A DNA stretch of 63,725 bases, counting the filler, from Sluysia triapertura (lineage: Eukaryota), in NCBI GenBank assembly GCA_046118255.1. It is 4 parts of 4 records of this genome, joined end to end, with 100 filler letters (N's around TTAATTAATTAA, not from the genome) between each part and the next. Parts side by side here need not be neighbours in the genome. Positions count along the whole stretch, not along the records: positions 1 to 18,730 come from JBJNIA010123080.1; positions 18,831 to 31,400 come from JBJNIA010097773.1; 2 more parts are not named here. The stretch is one strand, 5' to 3'. This document shows, piece by piece, positions 13,421-27,439 of the stretch (the stretch's first letter is position 1; every line of letters starts with the position of its first letter). The notes beneath the pieces are model-generated. The model was given only the letters and a program-made list of their open reading frames with translations, was not told the DNA's origin and did no database searches. Position numbers and translations under genes: made by a program.

Positions 13421-16080
13421 TATTGACAATTTATATTGGTTTGGTTAATACTATTATTATTTCTATTGTCTAATTGGGTTGTGTTGGCCCTAATGGTATA
13501 TTTATGTTGGGGTCATTCCTTGCATATTTGAGCGAATGATTTACTAGTGTTAAACATGTAATTGTTTGTAACTTGGGATTTGATTTTATTTTGTTGTGAA
13601 GTCTGTATAATGCAGTAATTGGACCTTTTTTACTTTCCTTATTTTTAAATGTCACACGTGGTACAAAACTTATAACTTAAAATTATATTGTTTTTATGAG
13701 TGTGTTGTCCTTCTATAGCATTTACTCAAAATTTTAAATTAATTCATTATAATAAAAAATGAATTAAACAAAATTGAAATTCTTTTAACACATTTAACGT
13801 CACTAATTTCTCTTTTCTCTTTCTTGCTCTTATTTATATAATTTAATCTCAACGCATAACTTTCTTCAATAAACATTTTAAAGAATTTTAAAAGATATTA
13901 ATTATAAAGAAAAGAAGGTGTCAATAACTTTATGAGTCTTTTAAATCTTTTTGTTTTTATTTTCATTATTATTAATACTAGTAATTTTATTGTATTTATT
14001 TTATTTCTAATTATTATTACTTATATTATTATGATTATCATTTTATTATTATTATCGAATTCAAAATTTTAATTTCATGTCTGTCATTAGTTGAGAGTTT
14101 TAATTGTAAACTATAATTCACCTTATTAACTGTTAACTATTGACAGTTTTTGTTGGTTCAAAGATATGTAATTTGAGGTAGCAACGAGACCATTTTAATT
14201 GGACAACCAATCAGTGTTGAACAACTACAAATTATGAACTCAATATATCATAGTTAATTGATGAATAAATGTGCTTGTTGGTTTGTGCAATTATAATGAA
14301 CAATTAAAAGATTAAAAATGGATACAATTTTTAGTAAATCACAAAAAATATTTTTGAATTAAAAAACTATTTGCTGATATAAATTTTGTAATTGGCAAAT
14401 AAATATAAAAATGACTTTTCGTAAATTGTCGTTCAATAAATGTACATTTGATTAAAATTTAGTAGCACGAAACAATTATTAGTTATTATGGAGTTAAAAA
14501 GACAGTTAAAAATATCAATATTGAAAATATAAAACGTAGAATTTGTTGCTGATAAAAAATTTAATAAACGTACCTTTCCTAACAAATAACAATCACTATA
14601 CGTAAAATGTACGTTCTTAAAAAACAATGAAAAGTGTCAGTTTTCCAGATTTAAATAAGCATTCAGATTTTTTAATCATTTGAGTCCGGCGAAGCGCTAT
14701 CGCGCTTCACTTGTCGTACGCCAAAATACGGCGCGGTAGTGCTTTTATTGTTTTGCATCGATAATGCGAAGATGCTGCTGTTGATTAGTATACTTTTCGC
14801 ATATATTGAAAGCAGTTATAGAGATATCAGTAGCAGTTTTATTTTTTATTTTTTTTGATCAAAATTCATTGTTACATAACAATTAGTGTTTAACAATTTT
14901 CATTGTTTCCCCCCAAAATACTACGCGTTTCATCCCGGATTTTAACCGCACTCAAACGGTTAATGTCTACTAAAATCATACGAGATGATTATGATGAAAC
15001 TAAGTTCAATGATTTTTTAAATAATCAGAGTAATAAAAAGATAACCCATTTCATGAGTTTACAACATATTTCAAATGAATTTTCATCTGTCAAAGATCCA
15101 TTTAATAAATTTGTCTCAAAAACATTTAAATGTGAATATGGGAATACATTTTTATTTTCAGTGGTGAAATTATAAAATTTTATTGAAGATTCGAAGTTTA
15201 CACAAATTATATTTAAAATTTTATAGAAATTATTAATATTAAAATAATCATAACTTAGTAAACATTTATTAAAAACATAAAATTTTCTTTTATTGTTACT
15301 TGAACATGCTATGCTTCGTCCTTCATAAAATCCTATTAATAAAATTAAAAAATTATTAAAATCAAGATTAAGTGTTACAAGATCTTTAAAAAACATGATT
15401 TACTTTATTAATGTCTTTGTAGAGATTAAGAAATAATCCAGACGAATTTTCTTCCTATTGATCATAAAAAGAACACGACAATTTTTCTTCATATATTCCA
15501 GGGATCAGCACTATCTTTTCAATCCATGTTCACACGGTCAAAGATCTGCATATTTGACACATTTACCTGACGATGTGGATTCATACGGACAAATTGCTCA
15601 TTTTAGAAAATTTAAATTTTTGTATGTAAAAATGTTTAAGACGATAGGAATCCCAAACTCGAATTAAGAATGTTTGGAGAATCATTGTAATTATTCACAT
15701 TATACTCGATAAGGTTTGTAAATGATCCAAATTCATTATGATTCATGTAGAATGATTTGATTGTATAAATTAATATTAAAATTAATATTTTTATTATTTC
15801 AATCTCAATATTTGACGAATCATATCCAAAGTTAAGAGTAAGAAAAAAAGTAATATTTTAACTAAATCAAATCTAAGCCAATATGTGATCTGATTTAAAC
15901 AAAATAAAAAACATAAAAATACTTTATTAGATTAATCGAATCTAAGACATTGGAAAGTAATCAATAAAATTTTTGTGTTCTTAATCATCTACAATGATGT
16001 CATTCAAGCTCTGAGTTCACCTAAAATTCCGATATGTGAACCAAATATTTTGATTTTTATTACATTCTTTTAAATTCTAA

Positions 16081-16240
16081 AGGTCCAACCCTTTACGATT
16101 ATATTACATCATAATCAATACATAAGCGAAACCTGATCTTAAGCGCATATCGTAACATTTCAAGAAATACACTTATCACTTCTCATATCTCCATTATCAA
16201 ACATTAACTTTTAAAATAGTAAAATTATAAAAGTTTTAAA
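16081..16240 (+). repeat. interspersed repeat, inverted partner at 22345-22530
   Basis: GGTCCAACCCTTTACGATTATATTACATCAT...TAAAATAGTAAAATTATAAAA aligns with the reverse complement of 22345-22530. Confidence 0.6.
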
Positions 16241-18136
16241 TAACTCTAAATTATCGCTTCCACTTAATAACACTATTAAATTTTAACTTTAAATAAAACT
16301 TTATAATTACGATGGTCGTCATTATTACCGTTATCATTATCGGCACCATTAGTTCGATAACGATCTCAGAGATTATCGAGACTGAATGTTAAAGTTACGT
16401 TTTAATCCTTTAAAACATTTTAATACTTCTTAATTTAATTATAATATAATATTTGGATGTTGGTCTTTTTGGTAAACGTTGAGAAAATGATGAGAAAAAC
16501 TTACTGAGCCAGTAATAAAACTATTAGAGAACTTGCTAGGGAAAAATAAGTAATTTACATAGAATATTTTTCGTATCAAATCGTTGGAAAAAAATATTGT
16601 ATTTAATAAAGAATTATTAAAAAACTAAAGTATTTAAATTGTCAGAATTAATAAAATAATTTGAAAATTATTAAAGATGTATTTTTAGGTCTGTTTTAAT
16701 AAAAAAAAGTTTATCTAAAAATTTTTAAATGTTAAGGATTTTGATATTTAAATATTTTGTCTTCGGAGAAAATTTTAAAATGAAAGATTATTCATGCTTA
16801 ATATAAAAAACTGGTCTAGTTTTACAGATTGATTCAATTTTATGCTGTAATGATAATGAATACGATTTTTATCAAACTATCTATGAAAAGATACAAAATC
16901 TGTCGAAATGGATGATCAAGCAAATGTGACTTTTGTGGATTTACCAATATTAAAACGATTTACTGGATAAAGCGTATGTTTTAGAGGAATTTCAAATGGT
17001 TTAATTGGTTTCTAACTTCATATCGAACTACAAGTCAAAATATTTGATCTAAAATTTTCTGAATTAATTGAAGATAAATGATTGTATTATAAAAGAGAAA
17101 TATTTAATAATCTTAAGACAGAAACAAGTCAATCAATTTTTTTTGATTTATTAAAAGCAATTGTTAAATAAAACATTAGATAGGCGAATTTATAATTATT
17201 GTAATAAAATCTTCAGCACATATGATATCAATTTGGTTCCTTATAGAACTGAAACAAAATATTCATTTTGTAATTTGACTTCATTAAATTGTTCAGAAAG
17301 TTTCATTTTAAATATTTCTAGCCTGTTGAGATTGCTATACTCTTGTTAAATTCAAAATCCCTAAATCATGAATTAGAATATTGATATAAAATAAGCAATA
17401 AATTCTTTGCTTATAATTTAGTACAAATGGTCACACTTACTTTAGATTTTAATACATTTTATACTACATTAACTCATATTATACTAACTTTTGGATTGTC
17501 GATAAAAATTATACAAATTAAGTCTTTATTTAAACTTGTGTTCTTTTTTATAAGATCATTTCATAAATATTCTTTCTGACTAATCTATTTCTGTAGTAGT
17601 TTATACTGTCTAAATAACCAATTTCTTGTACGCTATTTAATTACAATACAATATTATTTTAGTGATATATTTTTCGCTGCGTTATTTTTTTCTTATTGTG
17701 CACTTATATTCACCTTGCTAGCTAATATTTGCTTGTGTCTACTAGTATTCATTACTGCCGATGTTTAATTCGAAATATTCGTTAGAGGCCAATTAAGTGA
17801 TATATTATTACCTTCACGTTTATCTATTAGTTTTCTTTTAGCACATCACTTATGCTGTTCATTAAGATTTCTCTGAGTTATTTTATTAGTTGTATGATGG
17901 ATATTATTTTTAACAATATTTCGATGTTTATTATTGAAAATATTAGTGTTTTTTTTATAATTTTATATAGTATTTTAAAGTATTAGCTAAACTGTAGTGT
18001 TCTTACATAAGTAAAACTATTCTTTATTAATTAATTGATATGATTACCGTGAATTTAAGTAAACTTTGAAATAAAAATGTGCTATAATTAAATAATATCA
18101 ATCTAGTTTGGTGTTGAATTTGGTTTGTGCAATTTA

Positions 18137-18724
18137 CTATTGAAGAGCAGTGGGTGATTTGATATTCTTTAATTTATAATTAACAACTTGCCATTTTTTT
18201 CTTTCATAAATATTAAGAACATTTAAACGAAAATAATTAATAAGGTTATACATTAACAAAAAGGGCTTAATGCCCGAATTAACAACTAATATAAACTTTA
18301 AGAAAACATAATTGACACAATATATTAATTTATATAACAAACATAATAACAATAATAAGTTAATCAACGACGGATAAAATATTTGGCTAAAAAAAATTGG
18401 ACTCCTTTGTCGAACTCTGGACAATTCATTATAAATATTGTCTGATTCATATACACAACTTGTGTCGATATCTTCAATATCAAAACCTGTTTGAAGATAA
18501 AGACTTTCCTTTTCTTTTAATAACACAATAAATGTTACATTATCTTTGTCTAAATTCAATTTAGATAAATTTATAATGAGATGTCCGATTTTCAAATTTT
18601 TCTTATCGGAAATAAAACAATGTAAGCTATCAGTTAGTTTATATGTATCATCGTAATGACGTAATGAATTTAAAAAATGAAATGATAACTTTTCTTTATC
18701 AGTATAATTTAATTTATGGCACAA
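18137..18724 (-). other. 195-aa ORF truncated by a gap, unidentified
   Basis: Long ORF for this AT content, beginning next to the assembly linker. No motif recognised. Confidence 0.25.
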
Positions 18725-18730
18725 GTTTGT

Positions 18731-18830
18731 NNNNNNNNNNNNNNNNNNNNNNNNNNNNNNNNNNNNNNNNNNNNTTAATTAATTAANNNNNNNNNNNNNN
18801 NNNNNNNNNNNNNNNNNNNNNNNNNNNNNN
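18731..18830. other. artificial contig linker N44-TTAATTAATTAA-N44
   Basis: 100-nt spacer with stop codons in all six frames; repeated identically three times in the window. Confidence 0.97.
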
Positions 18831-19220
18831 AGTTAATTAAGATTTTTAATTAATTAATCTATTTTTAGACTTAATCTTATTCTACGTTTAAAGGTTTTAT
18901 TGAGGTTCTAAAGGTTTTTAGTAATTTATAAGGCATTCAGGAGGCTCTAGTTGTTTTCACCTTCATCTCTCTGATTCCTTTTACTACTTCTTCATGTTAA
19001 TTATTACTATGTTAAACTTATCTTTATTATTTTGATCAAATATTTTATTTCTCAATTATTTTAAAGATTTTATACACTTTATAAGGTTACTAAAATATCT
19101 CAAATGCTTATCGATATTTCAAGAATATCGATAACTCCGCATTCAAAAGTTATTCATAAAAACGTACTTTTTCTTAATTAAGTTAATTACGATTTTTAAT
19201 TAATTAATCTATTTTTAGAA
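18831..19220. repeat. repeat family A copy 1 (probable gypsy 3' UTR/LTR-associated sequence)
   Basis: AGTTAATTAAGATTTTTAATTAATTAATCTATTTTTAGACTTAAT...GGCATTCAGGAGGCT is nearly identical to 31507 onward. The start motif recurs at ~19172-19220. Confidence 0.85.
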
Positions 19221-20000
19221 TAATCGATAATTTGTTATTTTTGTAATAATTAAAAATATATTGAGATTTCTGGTTAATTTAATTGAACTTTCTGAATAAA
19301 GGCACAACAGATTATAGCATTAAGGTATTAACCTTAATGTTAACGATTGTGATTTTAACAATGATTTATAACTAGCGTATGCTAGCTTACAGTTATTAAA
19401 ATTTAATTCTGGTATTGTACCTTTGTTTAACAAAGAGAAACCTTAAAATAAATTTACGATGTAATCTCGATCGTTAAATTTCTTAATGTTACTGGATTGC
19501 TCGTGATATATTGTCAATTATCGGGTGAATTTTATAAGCAAATCTATAAAATTTTACAGAAATTTATCATGTAAATTCTATTTACAGAATTTATTATCTA
19601 TTATGTAAATTTGATATTATTTTATTATTACTTTTAAAATACCATTCAATCTAAAATTACTTTACGAACCTTATCTAAGATATTAAGTGTCTTTCAAAAA
19701 ATTATTGTGTTCAGTAAATCGAACTTTATTACTTATAGTGACATTTTTTGGATCTTCACTTTTAATTTATATCATTATATTATTCGTTTCTTTTCCTTTT
19801 CATAAAACTTATGTTTGAAAATATCAATTTTTTTACCATTAAACTTTTTAATCACAATTTTTGTATTGATTTTTCATCTAATGATTTTAACATATCATTT
19901 TGTTTAAATACTCATGTTTTATCCTTTTTAAATTTAAATTAAGAAATTTTTAATTGGTTTTAATTAGAGTGAATTTCATTTAAGCATTTGTAAAATATTA

Positions 20001-20938
20001 ATGAGCTATAAAAGTGGATATCAGTGGCAAGTTGATTATGATCAGGAATGGCGATCAATTGATAATGCCAATTACGAAAATTTAATAGAGAATATAGACA
20101 ATGAGAGACAACGTAAAATTGTTAGAAAACCTGTTAATTTGAGACTTGGCATGGTATTTATATTACTTTCTTTTTGATTTCCTATAGATGAGATTTGTTT
20201 TGTTATTTATTGATATGTCGGAATCTATGAAAATTATTGATATGAAGCCCACGAGATTAGATCTTATTGTAAATAATGCAATAGAATTTATTGAGCAGTT
20301 TTTTGATCAAAATCCAATTAGTCAGTTAGGAATTTTAGTGGTAAAAAATGGAACGATTTCCTGTTTAACGCAAATGAGTGGTTAGTTTGTAATATTAGTT
20401 AAAATTGATTATATTGGTAGATATATTTTATGTAGTTAAATTCTTTAAACTTTCATTTGAGATAATTGTGAATTATCCATGGTTGGTCGAAAGTCATGTT
20501 ACTCCTACCAATACTAACAACTTTGAAGGAAAAGTAATATTAAATACACGTATATTGTTCAAAACAGTTTATGATCCCATCGCAATATTGGTATTTTCAA
20601 AGTAACTGGTTTTATTGCACAGTTTCAATGCTCTTACATGAATATAAATGCTTATGTGCCTACACATTTTTAAGCAACTATCTAAAAATTGATTCATATT
20701 AGGACAAATAGTAGTGAAAATAAAAATAATGTAGAGGTGTAACAAGACTTTGGATTACCCTGTATTTTGATGTTTAAGTAAAGTATTAGTACTATAAATG
20801 AGAAAATTAATTATTTTTGATGCAATTTTTAGGAAATCCGAAAATACATTTAGATTGTTTACATTCGTTATCATCTTACGAACTTGGTGGAGATTTTTCT
20901 TTAGAAAATATATTGGTATACTCAGAACAAAGACTTAA
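20001..20938 (+). CDS. GTF2H2: TFIIH p44 subunit (Ssl1/GTF2H2), 5' part only (exons 20001-20153, 20188-20380, 20833-20938)
   Basis: Spliced protein MSYKSGYQWQVDYDQEW...LRLGM|MRFVLLFIDMSESMKIIDMKPTRL...FFDQNPISQLGIL...QMSG|NPKIHL...GDFSLEN...RLK. Introns are 34 nt and 452 nt, both GT-AG. There is a donor GT at 20939 but later exons were not found. Confidence 0.93.
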
Positions 20939-22344
20939 GTACGTTTATTTTTCTAAGAGATAAAATCATAACTTAATACTATATTTTGTTGCATATAAAA
21001 CGCATTTTACTCCATTTTTACGTATAAGCACAATGGGTATTGTGCATTAATATAATTTTTATATAAATTCTCAATCCAATGTAATTATAATTTATAACAC
21101 CAATACTGAAAACCAGAACGTGTATTATTTACGGATATTAATAAATATAATAAAAGTATTTTAAGTTATTCGTCTTGTTTCTAGTTAATTTTCTTCCATT
21201 ACTATATTACTATAGTTCGATAAGTTTGTCAATGTATATTTTTTAAGTTTGTTTTTCCATAAGAATTTTACGTGGGTGTGATTGCCGTCAGTGTTTTAAT
21301 TACTAATGTCACTGGGCAAGAGTTTCCATTTTCGCCAAATAGATTATTAACTTTATTGGGTGACCGTTTATTCAGCAGTATTTTTGTAATTTAAGTATTT
21401 CAGTTTCATAGACAGTCTTGAATTGTATACGATAATTTATGTAAACTTCTAACACACATACACTGATAGAATTCTTAAGCGATTTCATATCATCAATAAG
21501 GTGATCGTAACTCAATATCGTAAATAACCAAAGTAAAATCCTTACATTTATGAATATATTGTCTGGGTTTGAAGCATTGAATTGTAGGTATGTAATTAAT
21601 TCTAGCATTGTCTTTTTTTATAAAATATTTAAGAAAAGTTTTAATCTATTTACGACTCGAATAACTTAATTTTAATATTAAAAAATGATTTTCTGACATC
21701 ACGTGTTTAAAAAGACCTGTTTCATTCATTTTGTGTTTAAATACGTAAAACTATCGTATTTAAACACTTTAAACACTTAAAATCATCAACTGCAGTCTTT
21801 TCTTCCTGATCTAGTTTATGAACTACTATACTTTTAAATTTGAATTTTTAAATTTTATGATGAATTGATACAAAAATTAATCCTTTATATAACAGGTACG
21901 GAGATAAATAACAATATTTAAATTTTACTAATTAAAACAAATAATTTTATAAATATAACCAAAAAAATTTTAAATAGTTCAAATGTGACAGGTTTAAAAT
22001 ATACCTATAAATTATTGCTATGATATTAAGATTGAGTCTCAAAATAAATTTAAAATATACATAAAGACCTACCTTCGAAATAACAAAATAAACATTTCCA
22101 TTACTAAATCTTATTTTGAAAGTAAAGACTTGTTTATAATGATTCGAAGTTTAATAAATATTTCATCGTGGATTCACTTTGGTTGTATTCTAAAATTTCG
22201 CCAAAGTTTTTCATTAAAATTACGTTTGAAATACTATATATATGAATAAAATATGAAGATAATAGTAAGGCGATAACGATAATATAATGACAATCGCGAT
22301 TATTCTGTTGAAAGAAATCTAATGTTAATATATTAAAGTAATGG

Positions 22345-22530
22345 TTTAAATTTTAAAATTTTTATAATTTTACTATTTTAGAAATGGAAGTTTGGTAATG
22401 AGAGTATAGGAATTGATGTGGTGTTTTGTAATGGTATATGTGGAGTACGTTATGATATCTGTTTAAGATGAAGTTTTTGTATGTGCTTGTGGGGTAAATG
22501 ATATAATAAAATCGTAAATAGTTGAACCAC
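22345..22530 (-). repeat. interspersed repeat, inverted partner of 16081-16240
   Basis: Reverse-complement similarity, aligned by eye. Confidence 0.6.
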
Positions 22531-23465
22531 CGCAATATTATCTTTTCATTAAAATTCATGGAAAAACACCGCAAACGTCACATAATTTAAATTTGCGAAT
22601 CGAAATTTCCAGAGATTTCAATTTTGCGACTAACATGTTACTTAATTTCAAACAATTACGATCAGATTGTGTAAACATCAACCAATTATTCATCACACTC
22701 TTCTCAGCCTTGAAATAAACGAAAATATAATTAAACAAATAACTATTTGCAAATTAAAACTGTACATAACTTCAGAATCATTTCCTTATATTTCTTCTAT
22801 ACATATTAGATACTAAACGCCGAAAATAAGAGGAAAACATCTTACTATTTACAGATTCACATAATGATGGAACACCGTTGGTTTAAAATGGGCTCGGAAA
22901 AAATTAGAAACTTTAATTTCCTATATGTAGGATAATTTATGCGATATTATTATTGATGCATTTGACCACGAACTATATTTGGAAGATAACGATAATGAAG
23001 ATTATTTATCAACTCTAATCACGTGGAACTTTACCAATTCATTTAAACTGCCATTATTTAACCTTTACACAATCTACTTAAAAAGTCTAACTACAGTTCT
23101 GTGGTGTTCCAGTTATTTTCATTATCACCCACACTCACAAATTTACATAAATTTCATCTACAAACATATTCTGTACCTCTTATCACATCCAATATCTCAA
23201 AACCTAGAATAAAATCATTAATATACAAATGGTAACATTTAATTGTATTAATATCGAGATTGTTCTTGAAATCATCGTCTCCATCATTCTCATCAACATC
23301 AATACGAATAACATAAAATATTGAGTTTTACATTTTATAGCTTTAAAAAAATTAATATTAAAAAGTAATTAATTCAGTACAATTTTCAATTTGTTAATTT
23401 TATATCTTAATAAAAAATAGTTAAATAAAAAATGAAAAATAGTTAATATAATGAAATTAGAAATA

Positions 23466-24130
23466 CAGTAAACTCCCGATTATCCGTGGATAATATTTAG
23501 AAAATGCAAAAAGGAACAGAAATAAAGAATCTTCCTGTTTACTACAATCAAAAAGGAGCTTGGATGGACAGAAGGACCTTTGATCATTGGTTTAAAAATA
23601 AATGGATCCCAGAAATTTTTTTTGAAAAAGTAAAGGTGTGGTTCCTCACGAACACTGATGTCATCAAAGAATTTATTGAAATATTTTTTTGTAAAATTTT
23701 TACCAAATGAATATGTCAACCAGGAAATATAACTGTACATCCACCTCAATAAATAAATAAATTTTTATAACCTAAAATAACATCTTTAATTCATCCTATG
23801 GATCTCTTTAATGAAACGCCATTATCTCAATGATCTCCTTAGAAGCTTTTGCAGCGAGAATGACGATTTAATGAATTTATGGAAAAAAAGACAATGCTGG
23901 ATGCAATATATGGAGCTATTAAATCTTGGAACAAAATTAAGCCAATAACACCAGTTCGATCGTTGTTGAAAATTTTGTAATGTTTCGGACTCTATTGAAC
24001 CTGAGATATGTAAAATTTCAGATGTTATTATGTGATGTTATTAGGCTTTGAAAATATTGGCCAAAATATTGAGAAATTGATGGAATTTGATTCATCTGAT
24101 CCAGGATTCCAGATACAGAGTTACACGGAT
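23466..24130 (+). mobile_element. internally deleted Tigger/pogo DNA transposon (DDE_1 remnant)
   Basis: TA|CAGTAAACTCCCGATTATCCG terminus, then LPVYYNQKGAWMDRRTFDHWF and PKITSLIHPMD (cf. PNxTSLIQPMD), with frameshifts. Confidence 0.85.
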
Positions 24131-24158
24131 ATTATTTAGTCATTTTAGTGATTTTAAT

Positions 24159-25930
24159 TTATACTTCTGTATTATAGTTGTAAAAATCAAAGTATTTTGA
24201 TCTATAGACTCTTTGCGATGCGTTAGCCATTGAGAATAAAGTTAATAGGGTAAGTGTTATATTTCGTTTTATGTTATTTGTTCTTATGATTCTATTACAT
24301 GCGAATATAAAGTAAATGGTGGCAAAAATTAGAAGTGCTATTATGAAAATATTCTTCGTATCCAATTTGTTTTTATTAAGGTCATATAATGTATTGTTAC
24401 TTGTTTTATTAGTAATATTACGTATTCTGCTTGTTTCCTTTGAAATTTCTTTATTTCTACATTTGAACGTTTCTTGGAAATTTCTTATTAAAAACTTGTT
24501 ACTGTTATGCATAGCAAAGGTTATTATCGCAGTATAATAAATTGAATTTTCACAATAATGAATATTATTAATTGTAGGTGTTCTCCTCATTGATAGTAGT
24601 TTAAAGTAGGTGCAGTATTGATCTCATTTATAATTTGGGATACATTTCTATTATCAATCTCAATTGTCCAATATCAATTAAAACTATTTGTTAAGTTTGA
24701 TGAATAAGGTATTACCATCGTTACTAATTGGATAAACAATAATGTGAAAGTTATTATATAGAGAAATTTATTATTCTGGATCCATCATATAAACATTTAC
24801 TACTGCTGCTACTACTATTACCATTAAATATTTCTACACGAAATGTATTCAACTGAGAAGTTTATAAAACTTTATTGTCCCACCAATCAAGATTTTCCCA
24901 ATATGGAGTTGGCGTTTGTGGTCTTAGTGAATTTAATGGAGAAGTTTGATAATTTTATTATGGTGGTAATGGTGGTATTGCTCTTATTATTGGAGGCAAA
25001 ACTAGTTGTGGTAATACTCAGTGTGCACCTAATCCTAATCTTCCACGTATTACGTCCATACCTATTATAACTTCGCATTGGCATCTATCCCATGCTAATA
25101 TTGTTACGAATAAGTCTACGTCTAAGATTGTTAATTGACATTGTAACGTTCCATTAAACATGATATTTGAACCGTCTACTGTAAATAATCGTATGCCAGC
25201 TTGTTGTAATATACTAATTTATGGTGCATTTAATATATAACAAATCTTACCCAATTTTGATTGAATTTAATACTTTGTACTATATGATTTTATATCTGAA
25301 AGGAAGATGTTATCATATTTATTGAACTCGTTGATTTATCTGAAAATGGTCTAGGTGGTTTGGCCCTATCTTTTATTTTTGGTTCGACTTTTAAAATACT
25401 TTTATTCACCTTTCTATTTCTTAAACTATATTCTTCTTTTGGTGCTATTTTGCAACTATTTATGTGTACTACAAATGTTTCAGCATTTATATCATTCGGT
25501 TTCTTAATATATAAATTGGTATACGTTGTTTTCATCACCTCATAAATGGTTTATGTACTTTTGAAGAATATCATGGTTTCGCTATAGGATAAAATTATGT
25601 TCATTTTAAGTTTATGTTTATCATAAGCATCTTTATAACTCTCTTGAGAATATTTTATTTGTAATCCAACTCGTTTCCAATATTCTTAAAGATTTTCTCG
25701 CATTATTGTAACGTTTTCGGGTGTTTCTAAATAATTATAAGTAGGTCGAATCCGATCTAAATCTACTGGCATATTCGAATGTCTTTCATACATTAGATAA
25801 AATTAAGTAAAGTTTGTAGCATGATGGACTGAACTTCTATATTCAAAAAGACATATAAAGGTGCCAATCTTTTTACCTTTAGTCAAAATAAGATTGTAAC
25901 ATGTTTATTAAAGTTCTATTGATATTTTTA
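24159..25930 (-). mobile_element. decayed Ty3/gypsy pol 3' end: integrase, retropepsin-like segment and env-like membrane region
   Basis: CLFEYRSSVHHATNFT*FYLMYERHSNMPVDL (integrase), FVVHINSCK (end of GPY/F module), IRLFTVDGSNIMFNGTLQCQLTI...CEVIIGMDVI (retropepsin C-half), a Pro-rich linker, then hydrophobic segments IFIIALLIFATIYFIFAC and ITLTLLTLFSMANA. Confidence 0.75.
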
Positions 25931-27439
25931 AAATATTAAAATACATTTTTAAAATATTAAATCTTTTTATTAATTGCATCACTAGTAAAGTTTGTTCCTT
26001 GGTCAGTTAATAACTTTCTTGGTGTTCCGTATCTATATGTTATCTTTTCTACTAATATTTGTGCTACTGTTTCAGCTTTCTGGGTTAGCTTCAGGTACTG
26101 GATATTATAGCCATAAGGTTTTTATTTTGATTAATTTAGTTAAATTTGAAATGAGGTTCGGAGTTGATTTAGAAACTAGGGGTAAGTTATATTTTATTAA
26201 GATTTTATGAACAAGTTACGAATCATTGTGACAGTTAAAAACAAATAAAATCGACATATATTGAACGCTTATAAAATATATTGTTATAAAAATAACTAAT
26301 ACTAATAAAAATTTTGGTCAGACTTGGTATATCTTCGAAACCATGACTTGAAACTGTACGTTGGAAGGGATGTCGTCCATACTCACAAAATACCAAAGAA
26401 AAACCTATAGTAAAATCAATTAAATAAATCAAGACTCTTATAACTCGCTTCTAAGCCGTTTCATTGCTTCGTGATAGATCACTAAAAAATAAAAAAATAT
26501 TCGTGTTTTAGCTTTAGTTTAAATGAACTATGAACTATTTGTACTTGAAAACAAAGACCAATTTGAAAACCAAAATCAGCTAATAATAAAATAACAGCTA
26601 ATCTTAGTTCAAAACGATTTTACACATTTAAAAATTTGATATAAAAACTTGAACCGTTTAAATCAAGACTCAAAATGATGCGAACTAATATAATTACATC
26701 ATAACAATCTGTATCATGTTTTAGAACACACATGGATAATTTGCTTTCGATATTATCCATTTTAATCACATGTAGATCTTATAGTCTATAAACTTTATTT
26801 TAGATAGGATCTTTGTTGCACTACGTATAACAGTAATAACAGTTTCTTCAGAAAATCCTAATCTTTCTTAACGTAGCGTAACAATAAACAGATCCCCTTT
26901 AACTTCAATTTTAATTCATCTAGAGTAACATCATCAGTTAATATCCTACGTAGGTCTAGCTTTTGATTCAGAGCAGGTACATATACTTCTGTATCTAGTA
27001 ATTCATCTAAAGCTCAAATGGTCGAATCCGCTGGCAAATTTCGATTAAATCTATCTTCATGATATACTGTAGTAAATTCAAAATAATTTATGACGACTTC
27101 ACGTTCACATATAGTAGCAGTCATTGCATTAAATAATCCAGAATGTCAAAAATGTCTAACAAAGTAATTAAAGTTATATTACTAAAATGATTTTTAAAAT
27201 AATTCTTTTAAGGCAAAAATAACACTTTTTGTACTATTTGTCTAAATTCTGGATTAAACAGCAAAATAAGTAATAAAAATAGTGACATCTCGGTGATAAA
27301 ATAAACAAACTGTGATAGAGAAATTAAAATTCGACCTGACACTGTCAGCTTATGATACTAGCTGCACCACATTATATTTTCATCATTTTAAAAACGTTTT
27401 ATAATTAAATTAACTTCATCAGCTAATAATAAATAATTT

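Noticed and set aside
18731-18830. TTAATTAATTAA palindrome flanked by Ns, three times
   Set aside because: Assembly or concatenation linker with stops in six frames. It is not biological, and adjacency across linkers is unreliable.
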